19,703 nucleotides of DNA, taken from NCBI RefSeq assembly GCF_018420025.1, contig NZ_JAEDAM010000015.1, positions 1 to 19,703 on the forward strand, read 5' to 3'. Positions 9,832-18,464 of this stretch are shown here, in pieces. Source of the stretch: Candidatus Vampirococcus lugosii. Its GTDB lineage: Bacteria; Patescibacteriota; Gracilibacteria; Absconditabacterales; Absconditicoccaceae. Made by a program: the position numbers and the translations under genes. How positions within the stretch are numbered: the stretch's first letter is position 1; each line of letters opens with the position of its first letter. The notes under the pieces were generated by a model. The model was not told the DNA's origin. It made no database searches and saw only the letters and a list, made by a program, of their open reading frames with translations.

Positions 9832-10260
9832 TTAATTATTTTTTTTAGATAATTTTAGATTAACAAGAGATTTTGCTATTTGCTCTTCAGCTTCTATAAA
9901 TGCCTCCATATCTATTTTATTTTTCTGACTTTTAATTTCTTCCATATTTTTTATAGCATCTAATCTTGCTTGTTCAGCCTTTTCAAAATCTAAATCTTCA
10001 GCTCCTACTACTGTATCCAAAATAATTTTACAATTATTTTCATTAAATTGTAATACTCCCCTTCATACTGCAAATTCTTTTGAAAAATCAGAATTATTTT
10101 CAACATAATCAATATATAATACCGATGGAATTATAGCAGATAAGATACAATGGTGATTGTCAAGTATAGTTAATTCTCAAGCTAAAGTATGGACATTTAT
10201 CAATTTCACATTATCATTTATAAAAGTTTCTCACTCAAAAGAAATTAATTCTAATTTCAT
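9832..10260 (-). CDS. atpC: F1 ATP synthase subunit epsilon, 142 aa
   Basis: ATG at 10260-10258. MKLELISFEGETFINDNVKLINVHTLAGELTILDNHH...GRGVLQF..., followed by the C-terminal helical hairpin (EKAEQARLDAIKNMEE...). Last gene of the atp operon. Stop TAA at 9834-9832. Confidence 0.9.
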
Positions 10261-10286
10261 TATAAAATATATTTAAATATTAAACA

Positions 10287-11681
10287 TTATTTTTTTTGAC
10301 TATTTTCAAAAGAACTTATAACATCATCAATAGTCGCTTTGTACATAAAATGTTTTTCTCAAATATGATCAAGTTCTCAATCAATTATTTTTCTAAATCA
10401 AGAAATAGTATCACTTAATTTAGCATAAACTCATTTCATTCAAGTAAATTGTTCTGCAACGAAGAATGGTTGAGATAAGAATTTTTGAATTCTTCTAGCT
10501 CTTGAAACAGTCAATTTATCTTCTATAGAAAGTTCATCCATTCAAAGAATTGCTATAATATCTTGTAATTCTTTATATTTTTGAAGAATTCTTTGAATTT
10601 CTCTTGCAACATTATAATGTTCCTTTCATAAAACTTGAGGATCCAAAACTGTACTTGTAGAATCCAACGGATCAACAGCAGGGTAAATACCTAATTCTGC
10701 AATAGATCTATTCAAAACTATAGTACTATCCAAATGAGAAAAAGTTGTAGCAGGAGCTGGATCAGTAAGATCATCTGCTGGCACATAAACTGCTTGTACT
10801 GAAGTAATAGATCAATCTTTTGTTGAAGTAATTCTTTCTTGTAAAGCACCCATATCTGTTGCTAAAGTTGGTTGATATCAAACTGCTGATGGAATTCTTC
10901 AAAGTAATGCAGATATTTCTGATCAAGCTTGAGTAAATCTAAATATATTATCTATAAATAATAAAACATCTCTTTTTTCTCTATCTCTAAAATTTTCTGC
11001 CATTGTCAATCAAGTAAGTGCAACTCTAGCTCTAGGTCAAGGAGCTTCGTTCATTTGTCAAAATACCATAGCAGTTTTATCCAAAACTCAAGAATCTTTC
11101 ATTTCATGATATAAATCATTTCATTCTCTAGTTCTTTCTCAAACTCAAGCAACTACAGAATAACCACCATGTTCAGATGCAATATTATGAATTAATTCTT
11201 GCATTATCACTGTTTTTCAAACTCAAGCTCATCAAAATAATCAAACTTTTCATCATTTCAACATTGGAGCTATCAAATCTATAACTTTAATTCAAGTTTC
11301 AAATATTTCTGCACTTGTTGTTAATTCACTTAATTTTGGTGCATCTCTATGTATAGGATCCAAATTTTTAGTTTTAGGTTTTACTTTTCAATCTATCGGC
11401 TCTCACAAAACATTAAAAATTCTTCATAATACTTGTTCTCATACAGGAACTTTTATAGGACTATCAGTTGCAATAACTTCCAAACCTCTTTTTAATCAAT
11501 CTACAGGATTCATAGCTATAGTTCTAACAACTCAATCTCAAAGTAATTGTTGTACTTCCAAAACAACTTTGGAACCATTATGACTTAATTCAAGTGCATC
11601 ATAAATAGAAGGTACTAATCAATTTGAAAACTCAACATCTATAACAACTCAAATAATTCTAATTATTTTTCCTTTATTCAT
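10287..11681 (-). CDS. atpD: F1 ATP synthase subunit beta, 464 aa
   Basis: ATG at 11681-11679. Walker A GGAGVGKT is at 11234-11211 with all four Gly encoded by TGA. Other matches: [44 protein letters not shown], and the DELS motif ([10 protein letters not shown]). Stop TAA at 10289-10287. Confidence 0.98.
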
Positions 11682-11713
11682 AATTAATTTAATAACTTAA
11701 TAAAATTTAAAAA

Positions 11714-12631
11714 CTAATCTTTCATTGATTCTACTCAAGAAACAATTTCACCAACTTCTTTTGTAATATAAGCTTGTCTTTCTTTATTATACTCCAAAGT
11801 AAGATCATAGGCATAATTATTTGCATTATCTTTTGCATTTTTCATAGCTATCATACGAGCAGAATGTTCTGATGCTTTTGATTCCAACAATATATCATAA
11901 AACATAGAATCCAATATCATAGGCATTATATAATTAAGCAATCTATCTCTTGATGGTTCTACATAATAATCATTTAAATCTTGTGAGTGATCAATTTCTA
12001 ACAATTCATTATAATAATTCTCTCACAAAATTTGATAAAAATAATCATAAATGGAATCTTTACTAAGAGAAAGAAATTTTGAAGTTAAAGGAATTTGTTT
12101 AATAGTATTTACATAATAATTATAAAATATAACAACTCTTCAATATTCTCACAAAACATATTTTTTAGTAAGCATTTTTGATATAGATTTAGAAAAAGAA
12201 TATGAAACATCATCAATAAATTCAGATGAATAATCAAGAATTATATTATTACCCGTTCTTGCCAAAAAATTACTTCATTTTTTTCATATAGAAACAAAAT
12301 CAATATTTTCATCTTTATTATTCTGTGTATAATCCAAAACTTTTTTCATAACATTTATATTATAAGCTCAACATAATCATTTATTTGATGTTATAAGAAC
12401 TCATAAAGTTTTTTTATTTGAAATATTATCAGAAAAAAAATGACTATTTTTTATAGAATCATTAAGATCAAGGAATATCTTAAATATAGATTTTATATAT
12501 TCTTTTTTCAATAAAGCTAAATCTTGTGCTTTTTTCATTTTTATTGTAGATATAAGTTCCATAGTTTTAGTAATTTTTGCAGTATTTTTTACAGAACTTA
12601 TTTTTCTCTTAATTTCTTTTGTATTAGACAT
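11714..12631 (-). CDS. atpG: F1 ATP synthase subunit gamma, 305 aa
   Basis: ATG at 12631-12629. MSNTKEIKRKISSVKNTAKITKTMELISTIKMKKAQ... The middle reads LITSNKGLCGAYN. The C-terminus reads ESKASEHSARMIAMKNAKDNA...ITKEVGEIVSGVESMKD and reads through the TGA at 11737-11735 to TAG 11716-11714. The two standard-code fragments (11735..12004, 12401..12631) are in this frame. Confidence 0.95.
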
Positions 12632-12665
12632 ATTTAAACTATAAGTTTACATATTAAATAATAAT

Positions 12666-14171
<1,506 letters not shown>

Positions 14172-14184
14172 TATTTATTGTTTT

Positions 14185-14547
14185 TTAATAATTAAATAAA
14201 TTTTTTATAGTTTTTTGAAATTTCAAAAAGCTACAATCCAACATTTTATCATTACAAATCAATCTAATACCTCATAATAATGAAGTTTTAGGAACTAAAT
14301 CTATTTCATTTTTGTGAACATTAACTGCAAAATAATTTTTATATATTTGTATAGATTGGTTTATAACTTCATCTTTATCTTGCATAGGATAATATTCTAC
14401 AATATAAACATTTTTTGAATATAACTCATTTTTAAACTTTATTCTTCACTTATTTCATAGTTCTTTTATTAAATCTCTATAAAGAAATAAGTTCTTTTTT
14501 AAATATATAAGTTCCTCTCTAGTTAAATTATTCAATAACTTATTCAT
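14185..14547 (-). CDS. atpH: ATP synthase subunit delta (OSCP), unusually short at 120 aa
   Basis: ATG at 14547-14545. An in-frame TAA at 14565-14563 prevents any longer N-terminus. The frame was checked codon by codon to TAA 14187-14185. The C-terminal part, ...VYIVEYYPMQDKDEVINQSIQIYKNYF...SLLGGIRLICNDKMLDCSFLKFQKTIKNL, fits the delta C-terminal signature (GG[IV]x[IVL]xxGDxxxDxS). It occupies the operon slot between b and alpha. Confidence 0.75.
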
Positions 14548-14568
14548 AATAATAATTATTAATTATAA

Positions 14569-15030
14569 TTAAATAACTTCTTTTTTTATAAATTCTTTAT
14601 TTTTTGATGGCTCATCAAAAAACTTTCAATTTATCATAAGAGATGTATCAACTATTTTTTTCTTTATTCATCTCAACATAATTTCTCTTTCTTTTTCCAT
14701 ATCTTTCTTGGCAGAATCAATAATAAAATCAGCTTTCAATTCTGCTTCTTTCATTTTTTCATTCATTTGTTTTTCAAGCAAAATTTCATTATTTTTTTGC
14801 ATTTCATTTACTTTCTTTTTAGTTTCATCCAATATTTTATTAGCTTCTTTTTCGGCATCATTCAATTTTTGTCTTTTTATATCATCAGCTTGTTTCAAAT
14901 CCAAAATTTTTTGTCTTCTATCTTCTATCAATTTTATAATTTTATTTCATAAAAAATAATAAAAAACAAAAACTATTATTCAAAAATTTATAATTTGTGC
15001 CAAAATAACTCAAAAACTTATATCTTCCAT
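14569..15030 (-). CDS. atpF: Fo ATP synthase subunit b, 153 aa
   Basis: ATG at 15030-15028. The N-terminal TM helix is MEDISFGVILAQIINFGIIVFVFYYFLGNKIIKLIEDRRQKI, followed by a long charged helix. The frame was checked across both TGA-separated parts to TAA 14571-14569. The standard-code ORF 14668..14931 is in the same frame. Confidence 0.9.
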
Positions 15031-15057
15031 AATTATTATTTTAATAATATAAAATAT

Positions 15058-17310
15058 TTAGTTAGATAATATCAAAAATGAAATTATCAATCAATATATT
15101 GCCGCCGACTCTACCATTGCAATAAATAATGTCATAAATGCCATAGATTTACCTTTATTATCTGGAGAATTATTTATTCAATTAATAGCTCATTTTATCA
15201 AAAATCACTCTCATACACCTACTCAAATACTAGCAAGTCAAATTGCTAATCCTGCTCACATCAATCAATAAATTCAAATAAGTCAATTACTAGCTAATAT
15301 CTGAAATGATATTATTAATCAATATATAGCTGCTGATTCTATCAATGCCACTCACAATATTGATACTGTCAAAAAATATCACATCATTTTTGAATTTTTT
15401 CACATAGTATATATTGCTGTCTCTGACATATATCATCTTCAAATAGCTACTCATAAACCAGCTAATCATATCGCCAGTCATGCTCATATTGCCATATCAT
15501 GATTTTCTAATCATCACATAATATTAAAAACTATTATCAATCAATATATAGCTGTAACTTCTATAAGTGCAATAAATAATACCATAAAAGTCATTATTTT
15601 ATTTTTAATCTCTGGATTTCTATTTATTGCTCATAATGCTCAAACTATCAATCTACCTTGTCATATTCAAACTCATAATCATGATAATCATATTGCCAAT
15701 CATGCTCATATAGATCAATATATTGACATAATAATACCTGGAGATATTAATTGAAAAGCTATTACTAATCAATATATTGCCGCTGACTCTATCAATGCTA
15801 CTCATAATATTGATATTGTCATAAAAAAATTAGTCATTTTATTATTATCTCAAATAACTTCCATAGTTTTTTCTGACATATATCATCTTCAAATAGCTAC
15901 TCATAAACCAGCTAATCATATCGCTAATCATGCTCATATTGCCAAATCATAATTTTCTAATCATCATATGATATTAAAAGAAATTATCAGTCAATATATA
16001 GCTGTAACTTCTACCAATGCAACAAATAAAACCATAAGTGTCATTATTTTGTTTTTCAACAAAGGTCTTTTAGAAATAGCTTTTAATGCTCAAACTACTA
16101 ATCTACCTTGTCATACTCAAACTCATAATCAAGATAATCATACCGCCAATCATGCTCATATAGCTCAATACATTGACATAATAACATCTGGAGATATTAA
16201 TTGAAAAGCTATTACTAATCAATATATCGCTGCCGACTCTACTAATGCTATTGATAATATTGACACTGCCAAATATGAATTTGACATTGCTTCATTCTCT
16301 CACATAAGTTCTATTGATTTCTTCGCAAGTGTTCACTGACCTATAGCTACTCATAAACCCGCTAATCATATCGCCAATCATGCTCATATCGCCAATCATC
16401 AATCTATTCATGTATTTCACATTACTCTAAATGCAAACACTAATCAATATATTGCCACTGACTCTACTAATGCTATAAATAACACCATAAAAGTCATCAC
16501 TCTATTTTTTGAATCTGATCTCTTTCAAATAGCTCATAATGCTCAAACTACTAATTTACCTTGTCATACTCAAACTCATAATCAAGATAATCATACCGCC
16601 AATCATGCTCATATAGCTCAATACATTGACATAATAACATCTGGAGATATTAATTGAAAAGCTATTACTAATCAATATATCGCTGCCGACTCTACTAATG
16701 CTATTGATAATATTGACACTGCCAAATATGAATTTGACATTGCTTCATTCTCTCACATAAGTTCTATTGATTTCTTCGCAAGTGTTCACTGACCTATAGC
16801 TACTCATAAACCCGCTAATCATATCGCCAATCATGCTCATATCGCCAATCATCAATCTATTCATGTATTTCACATTACTCTAAATGCAAACACTAATCAA
16901 TATATTGCCACTGACTCTACTAATGCTATAAATAACACCATAAAAGTCATCACTCTATTTTTTGAATCTGATCTCTTTCAAATAGCTCATAATGCTCAAG
17001 AGACCAAAAATCACTCTCATATTCAAGCTCAAGCTCATGCAAGTCATATCGCTAATCCAGCAGCTATACTAGAATATGCAGATATACTTTCATTACCAAA
17101 TATTTGAAACGAAACAACCAATGAATATATTAATGCCGATTCCAATAAAGCCACCCCCAAAATAGATATTGTCAAATAAAAACTACTCATACTAGGTCTA
17201 TCTGACATTACTTCCATAGTTTTTTTAACCAAAATTCACTGTCATATAGCAACTCATATTCAAGCAAGTCAAATTGCTAATCAAGGTCATAAATACCATA
17301 AAAATTCCAT
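15058..17310 (-). CDS. atpE: Fo ATP synthase subunit c, ten c-subunit hairpins fused in one 750-aa polypeptide (about 20 TM helices)
   Basis: ATG at 17310-17308 and TAA at 15060-15058, 751 codons in total. The 3' ~900 nt of the frame was checked triplet by triplet on the plus strand; the remainder was read through directly, and the ten module lengths sum to exactly 750 aa. The product is ten consecutive modules of [GxGxGxG helix 1 - polar loop - helix 2 with Glu]. Examples: MEFLWYLGPGLAIGLAGIGVAIGQG...LGVALLESALIYSLVV (H1) and ...GAGLAIGLSGLGVGIGQGRLIVGALGAINRNPEIKNKIMTFMVLFIALIEVTAIYGL (H8). It lies in the canonical slot between atpB and atpF. Most Gly codons are TGA (7 of 8 in H1). Confidence 0.9.
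16083..16997 (-). repeat. Near-perfect tandem duplication of a 453-bp (151-codon, two-hairpin) unit inside the c-subunit gene
   Basis: 16083-16535 and 16536-16988 were aligned by eye. They are identical except for one position (C at 16101 vs T at 16554, Arg vs Lys). Identity continues for 9 more nt (16989-16997) into a partial third copy. Confidence 0.9.
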
Positions 17311-17373
17311 AATAATATTGTATATTTTATATATATAAATAAATTAGTATAATTTAAACATATCAAATTAATT

Positions 17374-18204
17374 TTAAGCAAATTTTGCAACCTTTATAAA
17401 TATAGCTATCAATAATGGAAAAACTAATGCTTGTATCAAAGCAACAAGTAAAGATTGAAAATAAAGTATAACTGGTCCCAAAACTGGAAACTCAAAATTT
17501 AAATAAGTCAAAGTAAGTCATGAAATAGCTCATACCAACATAGCTAATAACATACCACCAGAAGTTACATTTCAAAACAATCTAAACGATAAAGATATTA
17601 CTTTTGCAAAATGTCAAACTATTTCTAATAATCACAAAAACAAAGAAATAATAAGATCAAAAATTTTAACAAGTATAAATAAAGGCCAATCAAAAATAGG
17701 ATTTAAATTTCATCTAGTATAAGGAAGATAATTTTTTCAAAATATAGGAAAATATTCATACAATGCTTTTCAAAATCATAAAGCTCTAAATTGCTCAAAA
17801 ATAATAATCAAAAGTCATATCAAAGCCATTGCTATATTAAAATTTATATCAGCTGTAGGAATATCTATATATTTTTTCAATAAAGAAACATCTGTATCTG
17901 CTATATTTCAAAATACTGGAACCAAAATTTCCAAAAATACTCAAAGTAAATTTGAAATTAATATAACAAAAAAAAGTATTACTACATAAGTTTTTATCCA
18001 TTTTTTTTCTTCATTTCATAATATATCTTCAAAAAAATCATACATTTTTTCAAAAAAATAATCAAAAAGTATTGAAAATCAACTATTAGGAAATAATCTA
18101 TAAAATATAGATATAAACAATATAAGTAATACTACTAAAACAGTTCAATAAAAAAATCAAGGATTTAGATAAAATGATAAAAAAGCTTCAAAAACACTTT
18201 CCAT
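17374..18204 (-). CDS. atpB: Fo ATP synthase subunit a, 276 aa
   Basis: ATG at 18204-18202. The frame was checked codon by codon to TAA 17376-17374. It contains the invariant-Arg motif of subunit a (KVISLSFRLFGNVTSGGMLL) and the C-terminal LVALIQALVFPLLIAIF. First gene of the operon. Confidence 0.93.
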
Positions 18205-18244
18205 TAATTATTTTTTATATAAAATAAAACATTAAATCTTTGGC

Positions 18245-18272
18245 ATTATAATTATTTTATTAAAAATTTCAA
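18245..18272 (-). promoter_or_regulatory. Candidate sigma70-type promoter of the atp operon
   Basis: The minus strand reads TTGAAA (18272-18267), a 16-nt spacer, then TATAAT (18250-18245), 40 nt upstream of the atpB ATG. The AT-rich context makes -10-like hexamers common, so support is modest. Confidence 0.4.
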
Positions 18273-18446
18273 GAATTTTATTTCTAATCTTCTGCACTTA
18301 AATTAGAGAAAAAAGTGAATTTTGTTGATTCTGTAGCTGTTTTCTTTGATTTCTATTTCGGAAAAATTTTCAATTATGTAATATATATTCAACTACTTCT
18401 AACCAGGCATACATTATATTTTTTTCTTTATCAAAATCAACATCTT

Positions 18447-18464
18447 TTCCCGCCCGGGCGGGAA
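18447..18464. repeat. 18-nt perfect palindrome TTCCCGCCCGGGCGGGAA with a 14-nt all-G/C core, immediately 3' of hsdS; possible terminator hairpin
   Basis: Read directly from the sequence. The core CCCGCCCGGGCGGG is at 18449-18462 and can fold as CCCGC-CCGG-GCGGG. It abuts the hsdS stop codon (18467-18465). No U-tract follows on either strand. Confidence 0.6.

Noticed and set aside
14708-14959. Two overlapping plus-strand ORFs (83 and 61 aa, F/S/I/L-rich) antisense to atpF
   Set aside because: These are antisense artefacts of the Lys/Glu-rich b-subunit helix (AAA/GAA codons read as TTT/TTC on the other strand), with no independent support.
15058-17310. Repetitive block considered as a CRISPR array, satellite, IS remnants, or several separate atpE paralogues
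   Set aside because: The period is 225/450 bp with no short repeat-spacer structure. The whole block is one uninterrupted frame with no stop or start signals between modules, and every module translates to a c-subunit hairpin. The standard-code ORFs 15290..15487(-), 15968..16204(+) and 17044..17232(-) are fragments or antisense artefacts of it.
18298-18414. 38-codon minus-strand ORF (MYAWLEVVEYILHNGKFFRNRNQRKQLQNQQNSLFSLI) between hsdS and atpB, considered as an atpI-like or small regulatory protein
   Set aside because: It has no TM segment, unlike AtpI, and no recognisable motif. An open frame this short is expected by chance, and it overlaps the likely atp promoter region. It is not supportable from sequence alone.
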